NCBI RefSeq assembly: GCF_006345805.1
Contig: NC_043000.1
Location: 77,128,001-77,192,000, forward strand
From: Octopus sinensis
Taxonomy: Eukaryota
DNA length: 64,000 nt
Direction: 5' to 3'
Shown: positions 13,319 through 26,527 of the stretch, piece by piece
Layout: every line of letters begins with the position of its first letter
How positions within the stretch are numbered: the first letter of the stretch is position 1
The notes under the pieces: generated by a model
Told to the model about the DNA's origin: nothing
The model's input: only the letters and a program-made list of their open reading frames with translations
The model's database searches: none
Translations under genes and position numbers: made by a program

Positions 13319-13749
13319 TGGGATATCTCATTAGTATGTATGTACAGGTTTTGGTTTGAAGTGATTTGTTAAACCCCTATGTCTACATTCACATCACACT
13401 TACAACAAGGGGTGAAGAGCTAGATTTTAAGAAAGAGGCAGTTGAAGCTTTATGAGAATGCCTTTGATAGAGGAATCCTATTCGCGCGTGTGTGCTCACG
13501 TGTGCTTGTGTATGTGCGTGTGTGTATGTGCGTATGTGTGTGTATGTGTGTGTGTGTATGTGTGTTTTAGGGTAGTTGTTAAAGTGTATATGTAAGTGTA
13601 AGCTGATTATTCTAAGTTTGTGTGTAAGTTCGTTTTTGTGGGCATGTATTTGAGTGAGCGCTGTATATGGGTTATCGTATATTGGTATGTTACTACTATA
13701 GGTGAGTGCGTATATGCATGTGGGATTTGTTTTGGCTGTGCTCTGAAGA

Positions 13750-14575
13750 TTCTCAGTTATTTTCTGTTCAACTTATAAGCTGTTGACTACAATTTTTACA
13801 ATGTATTACATTAAATTTTTTTCCTTGCTTTTATGAATTCAGGCTCTTCATCTCACCATAAATATCAGCTCAAAAGCCACATCACAAATAAAGCTAATGT
13901 ATTTTGTTTATTGTCCACCATGATTTAAAAGGACAGAAAGTCAACAATAGTGTCATAAAGCTATTAGAGTTTGCAACAGAATCCTTTTGTCTGTTATAGA
14001 ACATGAGTTATGAATGTTAGTGCACCAAATTTTTTATATTCTCGTCATAGGGTTTAAAGCCGGAGCTTTGATTTTATCAACAGCAGATATTACTAAGCGT
14101 TTTAACAAGGTACTGCTGAATTATTCGCAATTCACACAGTGAATTGCAAATAGATCAGGCGCTTCCTTTTTCATATATGAATAACATCAAACTTGCTTGG
14201 TGACCTGTCATAGTCGGTATATTAGCAGTTGCGCATATCGCCGAAGGGAATGTTTTTTATCTTCGTGCTAAATTTTTAAAAGGTTGAAAATCGTTTCCCT
14301 TGTTATATCTGTTTTAACGATTTACAGATTGGCATTTTTTCATAGATTTTCTTTCTTTAACAAATCATACGAAAACCACTAATAAAGCTTCGTTAGCTCG
14401 TACAGTTGATTCATCTAACTGAATGCTAAATTTAGTTCACCTAAGTTTCATGCACAACTGATTTTCAATATCTTCACATATTTCATCAATCAGGTGAGAG
14501 ACAGTATCATTTACCGAGAGAACCTATTGAAAAAAATCTGTTTCTAAGGAGTGTGGTACGAATTTCGGAGGATAT
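13750..14575 (-). pseudogene. hAT (Buster/Charlie-type) transposase remnant
   Basis: Minus-strand translation SVNDTVSHLIDEICEDIENQLC...FSIQLDESTVRANEALL...APDLFAIHCV, with stops and frameshifts. Confidence 0.8.
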
Positions 14576-15557
14576 TGTTGTGGTTCGGCTGGTACTTCTT
14601 GACCTACTTTGCTTGGCTTGGAGACTGAAAGTCTAGAATACAAAGTTATAGTCCTTTGTTCACGGAAGAGTGATGGCTTTTGGAAGGACCCCTACCCTTT
14701 TGCCGGTCAAGAAAGGGGCAGAGAAACCACCTTATAAAAAGGAGCTGTGAGTCTGTAAGATCAGTTCCGGCCGGAGAGATTGAGAGACAGTCGGTATTTG
14801 GGAGTCAGGGCGAACGGTTGGCATTTTTGGAGTTCAAGGCAAGCAGTTTAGCAGTTGGATTTAGCAGTGCTAAGAGAGATGAGGTACAATATGAGACATT
14901 GGCTATTATAGCAGGAACTGAACGGTATGTGTTATTGTTGTATTGATATGTGAAGAGAAAGAAGGAAAAAGAATCGATGTATTGAAATGTGTAATGACAT
15001 TGTGTACAGAGTTGTTGAAAAGAATTTAATGAACAATGTGAACTGTGTTGATATGTGTTACAGAACTGTTAAGGCAAAAGAGAACTGTGTAATGAACATT
15101 GAACTGATATGCCTTTAATGTCCTTTGAACTGTAACGTTAATGTGATTTGAAACAGAACTGTTGTCTCCGGACTGTATGATGTATTGATTTGTTGTTTAA
15201 TTCGACGTGTACTCTTTAAATGCTGTTGTTATTGCATTTGATGCGTTGTTACTTGCATGTATTTACCTGATGTATCTGATTACTTGCATGTATTTACCTG
15301 ATGTATCTGATATGTATTTGATGTTGTAACAATTATAGAGTGTAATAGTAATATAAACTAGTTGTTAAATGTGAGCCAATTGCCTTGCCTTCTTTGTGTC
15401 TCTCTCGATTGCCTCTGTGTCTCTTCTTGCGGCTGCTGCTGTTGCTGTTGTCTCTCTCTCCTCTCCGAGTTTCTGTGGCGAACATTCGCTGATCGAACGG
15501 GTCTGTGTGAGGGATTCCGTAACAGCTTTCGTTCGACGGAGGCCCCCCCTCGTAACA
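14576..15557 (-). mobile_element. solo LTR (Gypsy-like), TG...CA termini, ATAT target-site duplication
   Basis: atat|TGTTGTG...CGTAACA|atat; strongly similar to 35717-36726; interrupts the hAT remnant. Orientation assumed from a TGTTACG start. Confidence 0.8.
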
Positions 15558-15680
15558 ATATTATTATAGTCTGTGTAATTTTCTACATTTTTATTAATTG
15601 CAATATCTTGTATGAAGCAATGAGATAAATACCAAGTTTTGGATTACAGTAGGATGTTTTCCAAATGTCTCCTCCATCTT
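15558..15680 (-). pseudogene. upstream continuation of the hAT transposase remnant
   Basis: Minus translation LIASYKILQLI resembles the ASY-I-LI motif that precedes LSNDTV in Buster-type transposases. Confidence 0.5.
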
Positions 15681-15689
15681 TTTCATATA

Positions 15690-16240
15690 TCATTTTTCTG
15701 GGTGTTTTCTCAAAAAAGACAAAACAAGGTTGAGAATAGTGGTGGAAGGAAGACCGCCTGTATGTTTTCTATGTGGAGTAAGTGAACCATGAAAGCCAAG
15801 TGTCCCCAGAAACACGAAGAGGAGGAGACAGAGAAGGAATATCAGGAAGATGAGGGTGCAACCTTGGAGAAGGAGAAAATGGAAGAGCAATATGCAGTAG
15901 TAAAAAGAAGAGTAATACAGACTCACCACCAAAAAGTCCGATGAAGAAAAGAAAGGCAAGTGGAGAGGCGAAACAGAGTGAAAAACAAGAGAATACGAAT
16001 GAGAAGAGAAAAAAATGAAAAGACAACAAAAGTAAGTGAGGAACGAACGCAGAGACCATCAACTAGCGAGGAGGAAAGAGTACAAAAGAGAAAGGAAAAT
16101 GAAAGAGAGATGATAGCAACACAGAATGAGAGACAGAGAGAGATAGAAATGTCAGCGGCAGAGGAGGGGATTGGTGAGGATATGTATTTTGATGTACTCG
16201 ATTGTATTGTTTTGTCTGTTTTTGTGTTGTCCCATTGAAG
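15690..16240 (+). mobile_element. LINE ORF1 C-terminal fragment (CCHC zinc knuckle, charged tail)
   Basis: RIVVEGRPPVCFLCGVS, then MKAKCPQK after a frameshift; parallels the ORF1 motif at 5400-5480. Confidence 0.7.
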
Positions 16241-17110
16241 TCTTGTGCCTAATTAAAGAAATAAGGACGTTGGTGTTGCCTTGGCAGAGGTTTGCGCTTT
16301 CTGAGTGCATTTATTTTCTTTAAAATATGATGTCGAAGACATTTTTTTAACGAACAAGCAAAAACAAAGAGTATTACCACACTTAAAACTACCCGAGCAT
16401 GTTTTGACTGATAAAAGTCAATATCGATTTAAAATCAAGATATTTTTTCTAAAGTTTGACTGTTGTGCTAAGGTCTTCAAAAATTGCTGGGAAATTTACT
16501 CTGGCGAATATCTTTATTACCTAGTCACTACCATTCGGACGCTGATGAAAAGCTTGAGGTCTTTGACAGAGTGAATAAGTAGACACTTAATATGTGTGGC
16601 ACCCTCTAGATGTTCGCGTAAAAGGTTGCTATTGTCAGAAATTCAGATTTTAAAATGATTCCACTAGTGGAATTTACCGAAAATTCATTAATTCACCAGA
16701 GAGTTCGCTGACCGACAACTGAAACGATAATCTATTTAATTATTTTTAGTCATAGTGGTGCACAAATGTCTGAAATTTAAAAGAACAATGATAGGCCGGA
16801 AAATTGAAAGTTAGTTCCTTCAATGACCTATTAACTGATAACCATCAAAACGACTCGAGGTTGCTGTTTGTACGAACCCAAATAACAAATAACCATTTAT
16901 TCTGTCTTTTAGCTATTTTATCGCATTAAAGAAATTACTAATTTAAATGAAAGGCGCTTGGATGGATAGATTTTCCTACGCCATGTAGCCAAAAGACCAT
17001 TTGATTGAGATATCTACACTACAATGCAGAGAAAGATGTCAAATCTATACCAAAGTTCTTCAAATCTTAGGGTGTGGAATGTACCGTGGTATTAATATTG
17101 AAGGAGAATC

Positions 17111-17527
17111 GGATCTTTTCGGTTTGAACGGCAGTTTTTTCTAGCGGTGTCATGAAATTGTCACCCATAATTTTGACCCTAGTATCGATCTATTGCATTT
17201 CAATCTATTTTAGGGTTAGGGTTAGTTAGGGTGGGGGGAAGGGTATCTTTTTTTCTTCACAAATGTAAATAAACCCAATCTGTTTCTTAAACGAGGTACA
17301 TATTCATACGGCACAGAATGTTGTTTACCTCAATGGACGTCAGTGATTGGTTGAAATTGCAGAAATTGAAGAAAACAATAGCAAATATCTTACAAACTAT
17401 ACAATTTTCTCAATAAAGCCAAGAGAAAAAAATGTTTTATAAACACATTCTACCAGTATACGAAGTTAAAATTTTTTTAGTTACCTAGAAATTATGTTAA
17501 AAACTGCCGTTCAAACCGAAAAGATCC
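17111..17527. mobile_element. MITE with about 28-bp TIRs and 8-bp imperfect TSD
   Basis: TIRs ggatcttttcggtttgaacggcagtttt / aaaactgccgttcaaaccgaaaagatcc; flanks ggagaatc and agagaatc; internal TTAGGG motifs. Superfamily uncertain (hAT or Merlin). Confidence 0.85.
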
Positions 17528-18463
17528 AGAGAATCTGTACTCATTAAAACCACACATATCTAAATTTAAAAGATCAAATTATAATAAATTTGGCTGCACT
17601 GCTTTGTTGTTCATTCTTTATCCTTACTTCACTGATGATAATGTAAAAATTTGCTCGCCATTTAATTCAAGCTTCTGTCTGCCCCTCTGTAATTATTTTT
17701 TCTCATCGCTCACTCCTGGGGCAGTACTTTGGAAAACACTAGATTGCTGTCTTAAAAAAAGACAAGGACACATAATTCATACTGCACAAATTACATATAC
17801 AACAGTTACAAGTTTTTGAGGAGATTAGCCGATTATATCGACCTCGGTACATGACTGGTATTTATTTTATAGACTCCGAAGGATGAAAGACAAAGTTGAT
17901 CTCGACAGAAACAGAAAAAAATAAGTTTGATGATGACTGGCTCAGAGCTGACTTAGGACTAAACAACAACGCCAACATGTTATCTCTGGAGAAATGATAG
18001 CAAGTTTAACTAGACACAAACCATACATCTGGTCTATTCAAGTGCACAGCGAGATACACTTGCTAGAGATAGCTACGAAATGGCCTTCTTAAAACAGAAG
18101 GATACATAGCATAATAAAATCATAGGTACACTGTTCGTAAAAACACAAGATGGTCACGGATGGAATGCATTTGATCATAACTTTGCTCGATTCGAGTTAA
18201 TGTGAACTAAACTACAACACTACTCAGTCTAAACAAGGTCCATCTACCTGCAAGAAAAAGCAGTCAAATCTCCTTTAGTCTATTTGCTATGATCCTAAAA
18301 AACAACGTTAAACCAAACTTAAAATATATTTATGAAACCGCAGTCAGAAATGAGGACATGATGGCCACATCTGGAACGTTGTTGGAACGAAAGCCTGTTG
18401 TAATTTGTTGAACAGAAACTGTAAATCTTTCAACAGTGAAAGAAATGAAAATAAAGAAATCAG

Positions 18464-18477
18464 GTTTCCATGGAAAC
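18464..18477. promoter_or_regulatory. perfect RFX X-box-like palindrome
   Basis: GTTTCCATGGAAAC in non-repeat sequence, 7 nt upstream of a GTGAGT donor-like site at 18485. Confidence 0.35.
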
Positions 18478-19105
18478 GTCAGTGGTGAGTGTAAGAGACC
18501 ACCCAGGTAGGGAGTTGGCTTAGTAAGCACAGGGGCATGGGTTGAGGAAATGGGTGGAGGTGGGGAGAAGGAAGCGATGGAGAGAAATGGACTAATGGTA
18601 TATACATAAGTAAATACATGTGTATGTCTATATATATCTGTGTGTGCGCGTGTGTGTGTGTGTATGTGTGTGTGTATATATATACACACACACACACGTG
18701 CACGTAAATGTATGATTTGTGTGTGGGCGTGTGTGTACGTCTGTATGTGTCTGTGTGTGAATGCGTGCGGGGATGTGTGCGTGTGTGCGCATGTGTGTGT
18801 GTATGTGTGTGTGTATGTGTAAATATATCTGTTCTAATCTCGAATCTGACCTCACCAACTTTTACCTCGCATCATCATCTATGTTGAAGACAGAAATATT
18901 AATTAATGTTGCTGATGTTTATTATCCTTGGTTCCTGGTTCGATTCCTATCTAATTATTCCACAATCTGTTTTGCTTTCTATTTTATCATTAATTTCTTT
19001 TATTGTTGTTACTTCTCTTTCCTCTTCAATTAAAGGAAATCTGGAATGTTGTGTACGGGATCGTTTTTGTCAATCCTGATGCTTTTGATGTTGTCGTCGT
19101 TGTTG

Positions 19106-19479
19106 TTATTACCTCCGCCCTCGCTAAGGCTGAGGTATAGTTTTCAGTCGTGTTTGTTTGTTCGTTTGACTTTGAACAAGATATCTCAAGAACCGCTGGA
19201 TGGATTCGAATGAACATTTCAGGGATGTTTGGCTTCATCACTGCACAAACTGATTATATTTTGGGATCGATTCAGTACCGGACAAGGATTCTTGATTATT
19301 TTTCCGTTTTTTTTTAACTTAATTTTTGAGAGCAATCAGATTCATTTTTAGTATTCTCGTTTGTGAGAGTAGTCGAGTTTATTTCAGAAATTCTCTTTTT
19401 AAAATTCATCTCTGGCTAATCGTTGAGAGGACGTTGGTGTTGCCTTGGCGGAGGTTTGTACTCTCTGAGTGCTCTAGTT
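19106..19479 (+). mobile_element. non-autonomous Helentron/HINE-like element
   Basis: Subterminal inverted repeats acctccgcc / ggcggaggt and a 3' ctctctgagtgctctagtt end; an orphan copy of the 3' end lies at about 16267-16308. Confidence 0.65.
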
Positions 19480-19623
19480 GTTAATGTTGTCTTAAGAGTG
19501 GTGCAGTAGTGTACTGACAGTGGTGAAGTGGTCATGTTAATGATGAAGATAATTATGATGGTATTGAAGGTTGCGATGATGGTGGGGATTTTGGTGATAG
19601 CGATTGTAGTAGTGGTGAAACTA

Positions 19624-19711
<88 letters not shown>

Positions 19712-19789
19712 GTCTGTGCGCACGCGTTTGTTTATGTATGATGTTTTCTGTTTTTATTATTGAAATTCTTCCTTTGAAAAAGGAGCTAG

Positions 19790-20400
19790 TTTCTAACAAT
19801 GATACAAAGCTCCATCGTTGGAATATAGATAACGAAAACGATGTCACATTTTAAACCTGAGAAAAGTCTTGCTTAGTTTTACTGTTCCGCTTACCGATTG
19901 TGTTTGTAACCTGCGAATCTGTTGGTTGATTTCTTTTTTCTGAAAATCCAAGTTTATCCAGGCTGACAGTAAGGTATTTACTTACAAAACCAAGTACACC
20001 ATTTATTAGTGGTGTAAATGTAAATTTGTAATCCAAATATAGAAGCTGGAGGTTTCGAAGCAGTTGTCCACAGTTATCTTCTATCTCTTTGATTTTCAAA
20101 AGAGACATTCACATCAGCAGGACAGCTGACCCTCTATGATGGTACATACATTTTTGTCTCAATTAACAATATCCGGCCTGTTATGCTTACACTTAATGTT
20201 TTGATGGGAATGTTCCACCAGTATTTCTTGTGTTGATAATTGTGTACGTATTCAATAGCAGGGAGATTCTCTATATTTGTTCCAGGACAGTCTTTTTTCC
20301 GGACGCATTGTATATTGTTTTTGCGACAACATCGTGTTGCATAGGGAAGTAGTACCATGACATTTTTGGGCAACTGCTAATCACATACGTGATGTCTTCC
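19790..20400 (-). mobile_element. R4-like LINE 3' fragment (restriction-like endonuclease)
   Basis: KYWWNIPIKT, frameshifted KHNRPDIV, and LQLLYLDYKFTFTPLINGVLGFVSK. Confidence 0.7.
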
Positions 20401-21857
20401 TCAAAAATATGACATTTTCTACATTTTCGGTTACACCTTATAACTCCAAGGGCTTCACTGTCTCTTTTGTTTATTAGGTATTTCGTAGGAATCTCGTCTT
20501 TTTTATATCAAATGCATAGCCATCAAAGTGTGATGTAATGGAGCGGTTACGGGTCCAAGATAGGCTTCGTTTCATATCAATATTACTGTCTTCTTCAAGT
20601 CTTCGGGAAACATATTCATGCATGGTTTTTATTTTGGTATGCTGAACGTTTCACCTCCAGGTCATCTTTGAGTTATACTAGCCCGGCTGATTTGGAGTTG
20701 TATGGGAGGTCATCGGGAAGAGGATGCTTCCTGATGAGCTCACACCTGACAAGTAGAATTATTGTTTTCTTCACTTTTCAGCACTAAGTTAATGTATTTA
20801 TTTTTGCTGCGTTGTTTGACAAATGTCAGCTGAGAGAGATCACTATTTCTGTGAAGATTTGAAGTCAGAATCTTCTGGGTTTTAATGTTTATGGGTGGAT
20901 TTCTTCTACCGACGAGTCAAGTATCCCAAATGTTGGAATCAGTAGCGATACTGCAAATGAATTATGAGATATTGTCTTGATGTAAGAGGAGAGTGCCATA
21001 TTTTTCTAAGTCTGATATGATATTCTTCGGTCCAGTTGATACATTTGCATCAATGCTTAGGCAAGTGTAGCATTCTTTGTGTGGGACAATTGTGTATGTA
21101 TGTATGTGTGTATGTATGTATGTATGTATGTATGTATGTATGTATGTATGTATGTATGTATGTATGTATGGATGGATGCATGTATGTATGTATGCATGTA
21201 TGCATGCATGCATGTATGTATGTATGTTGTATGTATGTATGTATGTATGTATGTATGTATGTATGTATGTATGTATGTATGGATGGATGGATGGATGGAT
21301 GGATGCATGTATGTATGCATGTATGCATGCATGCATGCATGTATGTATGTATGTATGTATGTATGTATGTATGTATGCACGTACGTATGCATTATGTATG
21401 TACGTGTGTGTGTGAGTGTGTATCTATGTATCTATCTATTTCTTTGTCCGTCTCCTCACACCCCTCCACCTACATGCTGTAGTACAAACTATTAGGAAGT
21501 ACCAGTAACGGAATATATATATGTGTGTGTATGTGTGTGTGTGTGTGCGTGTGTGTGTTGCGTGTTTGTTCCCTCACCTTTGCTTGACAACTGATGCTGA
21601 TGTGTTTATGTCCCCGTAACTTAGCGGTTCGGCAAAAGAGACCGATAGTATAAGTACTAGACTTAGAAAGAAGTATAAGTACTAGACTTCTTTCTAAGTC
21701 TAGTACTTATAGTACTTATAAGGCAGTAATTCAGCATAGTCGCAATCAAATGACTGAAGCAAGTAAAAGAATAAAGGAATATATATATAGTTGAAATTTA
21801 TAGAAAACAAAAGACGAAGACAGGTGTATTAGTTTGACGCTCGGGAAAATGAAAAAA

Positions 21858-21893
21858 TCGTTTACGTTTCGAGCCAACGCTTTTCAACAAAAG
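21858..21893 (-). ncRNA. degenerate hammerhead-like motif (same family as 55237)
   Basis: UUGUUGA-A-AAGC(GUUG)GCUC-GAAA-C-GUA; flanks homologous to 55160-55275. Confidence 0.4.
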
Positions 21894-21991
21894 AGAAAAT
21901 AAACAGAGAATAAAGAGAAAATAAACAGAGAGAATAAAAAAAGACTTGTAGATTTAACGGTCAAGCATGGTCACTCACTCTCAGACACACA

Positions 21992-22072
<81 letters not shown>

Positions 22073-22096
22073 AAATACAAACACTCAAATATGTAT

Positions 22097-22260
22097 AGGC
22101 GCAGGCGTGGCTGTGTGGTAAGAAGCTTGCTTTCCAACCACATAGTTTGGGGTTCATTCCCACAGTGTGGTACCTTGGGCAAGTGTTTTCTACTATAACC
22201 TCGGGCCAACCAGAGCCTTGTAAGTGTATTTGGTAGATGGAAGCTAGAAAAAGCCTGTCG
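22097..22260 (+). mobile_element. SINE 5' half
   Basis: Same family as 38966 and 40941; ends in (AT)n. A separate 3' half with an internal inverted rearrangement lies at about 21530-21780. Confidence 0.85.
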
Positions 22261-22311
22261 CATATATATATATATATATTATATATATATATATATATTT
22301 ATGCTTATATA

Positions 22312-22347
<36 letters not shown>

Positions 22348-22353
<6 letters not shown>

Positions 22354-22479
22354 TATATAGAAGGAGCTTCTACAGGACTAGAACTGTTTCATTCAAGAGA
22401 AATCTTCAGGAAGCTTCCTGAAGATTTCTCTTGAATGAAACAGTTCTAGTCCTGTAGAAGCTCCTTCTATATAATAAAT
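22348..22479. repeat. perfect 132-bp zero-spacer palindrome
   Basis: Axis between 22413 and 22414 (AAGCTT); the arms match base for base; abuts (AT)n. Confidence 0.95.
22412..22462 (+). ncRNA. type-I hammerhead ribozyme candidate, mirrored on the minus strand at 22365-22415
   Basis: AGCUUC-CUGAAGA-U-UUC(UCUU)GAA-U-GAAA-CAG(UUCUAGUC)CUG-UA-GAAGCU: intact core, 6-bp stem I, 4-bp stem III, weak stem II. Confidence 0.65.
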
Positions 22480-22679
22480 TAATTTTACTCTGCTATGTAT
22501 TGAGTACCTTATTTACTGTGGTTAACCCCGAATCAACCCGGGACCTACATATATATATATAATATATATATATATAATAATAAATATTAGGGAATAAATC
22601 CAAATTTACAGGGAAAAAAATCAGATTTAGGATTAAATCCAATTTTATAGTCAAATATTATATAATATTAATTAGAGAC

Positions 22680-22711
<32 letters not shown>

Positions 22712-22712
22712 G

Positions 22713-22846
<134 letters not shown>

Positions 22847-24118
22847 TGTACATTTAAGCACATAAAAGATGGTCATAACTGGACATCTGACTCGCTAGAA
22901 AGAGTAATTAAACTACAAACCACTAATAGTTGTAATTCTGAAAGGGAATGAAAAATAAAAACATTTACCCTATTTTTCCTGGACTATGCATAGTTTCAGG
23001 CAATCATTTGTAAATAAAATAATTTACAATTGGTGTTGCCCTCTTTAGCAGGAAGCCAAGGTTAACATATAGATACGAGGCGATAAAGAACATACCTCGT
23101 GTTTATATGGATTTTCAAAAATTATAACATATAAACACGAGGCATGAATGACTCGTCCTTGTTTTCTTTGTATCGTCTATCTGGCTGTTTTGTTGTCCCT
23201 TTTGTGTATCACCCAACTGTCTGGATGCTTTGCGTTCTTGTCCCATTCTGTATTATAGATATATAGATTGATAGATAGATTCAGATGAATATGGTACTTA
23301 AGTTGAGGCACCAGAATTTAGTACGATATTATCCATACAATTTCAAAATAAGGTGATTAAAACCAAAATAAGCAACAAGGATATCCAGTCATTACATCAA
23401 TTTAATGCAGAGCAATCCTCAGCTGCATAAAGACATAGAATTTAATTAAATTAAAACAGATGGACACATTAGTATAATTTACATAAAATCTCCAAGAAGG
23501 TAAGGAGATAGACAAAGAGCATGCTGTCTTCATTTCAGCTTAGAAGCTATTGAGGTATCAGGAAGAAAGACTTGTTACAGAATTTGCTTGTCTCTGTTTT
23601 ATGGTGTCAGTTTTAATATATAGACTAGTTTATTGAATCTTTCTATATCTAAGGCCAAAAGAACAAGGAGTAGTGCCTGCTAGGAAAAGGGCTGAGGGGG
23701 TCGACAGAAATCATATTGGGTATAGTCATAAAAAACTATCAAGATTTATTTGAAGCAATATAATGAAATTTGATAAACTAGTCTATAAATTAAAACTGAC
23801 CCCATAAAATAGTGACAAGCAAAATCTGTAACAGCCCCAAGGAAAAACTAAGCTAAGTGCATTAGAGGCCTTGGAAGAAAGCAGCGAATGTATACGAAAA
23901 CAAGGAAGAAAGAAAACGGAGAATGTTACACAAATACAAATAACAGGATATAACAACAGGTATCTTTCGACTAAGGACGAATTAAACTAAGCTGGCGTGT
24001 ATGGAAATAAAGCTTTACGGCAGGGATACAAGATTTGACAGGCACAGGGAAGAATATAGATGTTGCACGGACGAAGGCCGAACCAAGAAAGATCAGGCTT
24101 GGCCGAACAACCGGTCAC

Positions 24119-24183
<65 letters not shown>

Positions 24184-25077
24184 CTTCCAAGTAAGTTTGA
24201 TATATATATATCATACACGCACATGTAATGGATTGACTAATAGACAGATAAACATTGTTGTACAAACCATGTGTAATGCACTGCGAATTTATCAATGAAA
24301 CGAATACAAATCGTTTTTGTTAATCTATGTTGCGTACTGGTTAACCATTATCCAGATGGCACCAGTCAAAAAACTAAGTGACCTTCGTCCCTGGTTTCAG
24401 TGTAAATTAATAAACTGTCAATTAACTAATCATCAGCATCACCATAACTGGTGCCAGCAGTAACATCGCACCAACACCACCAACCAATCACCAGCACTAC
24501 TAGCACCAATACCACTACCACAAATAGTAGTAACAGTAGTACTACCACAGCTGCCGTCGCCACCGTCGTTACCACAACCACCATTAATATCTGACCTGTA
24601 TCCACGTCACACCTTCCTCTATGCATCTATTAGTCATTATTCCCCGCATATATTTCTTGAAGACACGGGTGGGTGTTATGCTAACCTCACATCCGTCGTT
24701 CCCCCACCGATCAGACACACCTTCCTACCGCCTGTCAGACATCCCATCCTCCTCTACCACCCTTCATCCGAATACTTTAAATATTTCGGTGTTGTGTTTT
24801 ATATGTATATATATTATATCTTAGTTATAAATTTCCATTGGAGTGAGAGAGGGTGGAAGTCACTGGTTCACTGCATTTATGAGGGCGACTGACAAGGGAG
24901 TGTCTCTGACTCAGCATAGAAAAACTATCTCGAGGGATTTCATTAAAAAAGCAGCATATTTTTGTCCTTCTCGCAGATGTTTTATTTCCTTCGATGATAT
25001 ACATCGACGAAAGACATGCGCGCATGCACACGCATGTGCGTGTGTTTGTGTGTGTTTATATATATTCTTTTATTATT

Positions 25078-25280
25078 TCTTTTATTTGTTTCAGTCATTT
25101 GACTTGCCGCCATGCTGGAGCACCGCCTTTAATCGAACAAATCGACCCCAAGACTTATTCTTTGCAAGCCTAGTACTTATTCTATTGGTCTCTTTTGCCG
25201 AACTTCTAAGTTACGGGGACGTAAACACGCCAACATCAGTTGTTAAAAGCGATGGTGGGGGACAAACACACACACACACA

Positions 25281-25312
<32 letters not shown>

Positions 25313-25484
25313 TTTATATATACGATGGGGTTCTTTAGGTTTCCGCCTACCAAATCCACCCACAAGCTTTGATCAGCCCGAGGCTATAGTAGAAAATTGT
25401 TGCCCAAGGTGCCACGCAGTGTGACTGAACCCGGAACCATGTGGTTGGTAAGCAAGCTACTTACTACACAGTCGCCTCTGCGCC
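25078..25484 (-). mobile_element. full-length SINE
   Basis: Reverse complement of the 38966/40941 family, with an internal (CA)n tract. Confidence 0.9.
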
Positions 25485-25497
25485 TATATATATATAT

Positions 25498-25547
<50 letters not shown>

Positions 25548-25562
25548 CACACACACACATAT

Positions 25563-25596
<34 letters not shown>

Positions 25597-25825
25597 CTAG
25601 CTTAAGGTGACCCGCTCTACGCGCGGGTAAGAGTGTGGTTGTTACTTTCTGTTTTTTATCACCATATTCTCCCTCTTTGTTTCTCTCTCCTTTCTCTCTC
25701 ACTTTCCCACTCTCTTACTCTTCCTTTCTCTCGGACTCTCCCTCGCTTTCTCTTACTCTCTATCTTTATCTATCTATCTCTCTCCCATTCATAAACAACA
25801 AAAATCTTGAGTAAGTTGAGAAAGA

Positions 25826-26477
25826 AAATATTTTCAAAGATCAATCATAAATATCAGGCAGTAACAACGGAAAGGTCTGCTTCAAGGCAGAAAGCAAAAC
25901 ACTAACATTTAAAAGGGACAGACGAACTTGCGAGCTGAATAAAAATAAAAAAATATTGGAAACCAAAGTCTGAAAGGATAGAATCTGAAGATAGTAGAGT
26001 CACCATGGCTGGCATTTCTTAACGACGGACAGCAACGTAGTGGCAGTTTAACGGCTGGCGTAAAATTTTAAACTTGATGTAAAAGAAAATTCCTAAACAC
26101 CAAGTTTTGAAGTGATTCTTTCTCACAACAGTCGACTCACCAATGCAAGCATTCAAAACTTCTTCATCATGGACGGCAACACATTGACGATTTAAAGGCT
26201 GGCGCAAATTTTTTAGCTTGATGTAACAGAGAATTCCTAAACACCTGCTCCTGTAAATTTTAATCCCCTTCCAGCCCCATTCAGACCTCTTTTCACATTT
26301 TGGTTAATATAACCCGATTTCATTTAAGTCTACTCAGGCCACATTTTATAGGATGAGGAATTTTGTCCCAGATGTCACGCCTTTCATTTGAGGAACAAAA
26401 TAATTGCCATGCAAACTCGCCAGCACTTTTAACATAGGTATGCGTATTTTCAGCTCAACCGATCACATAATGCACAC

Positions 26478-26527
<50 letters not shown>

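Noticed and set aside
16305-16574. 89-codon ORF
   Set aside because: No motif; starts inside a Helentron-like end fragment.
17211-17232. Interstitial telomere
   Set aside because: Only a few degenerate TTAGGG units inside a MITE.
20636-20680. Minus-strand GACC/GGU-GAAACGUU hammerhead-like remnant
   Set aside because: CUGANGA box corrupted and no stem I.
20962-21495. Long ORFs of MYVC/HTYI repeats, and all similar IYIY, LSIY, CVCV and ERER ORFs
   Set aside because: Translations of (ATGT)n, (AT)n, (TCTA)n, (TG)n and (GA)n microsatellites.
24843-25424. 193-codon ORF
   Set aside because: Mostly antisense SINE and (CA)n; the unique 5' part is unrecognised.
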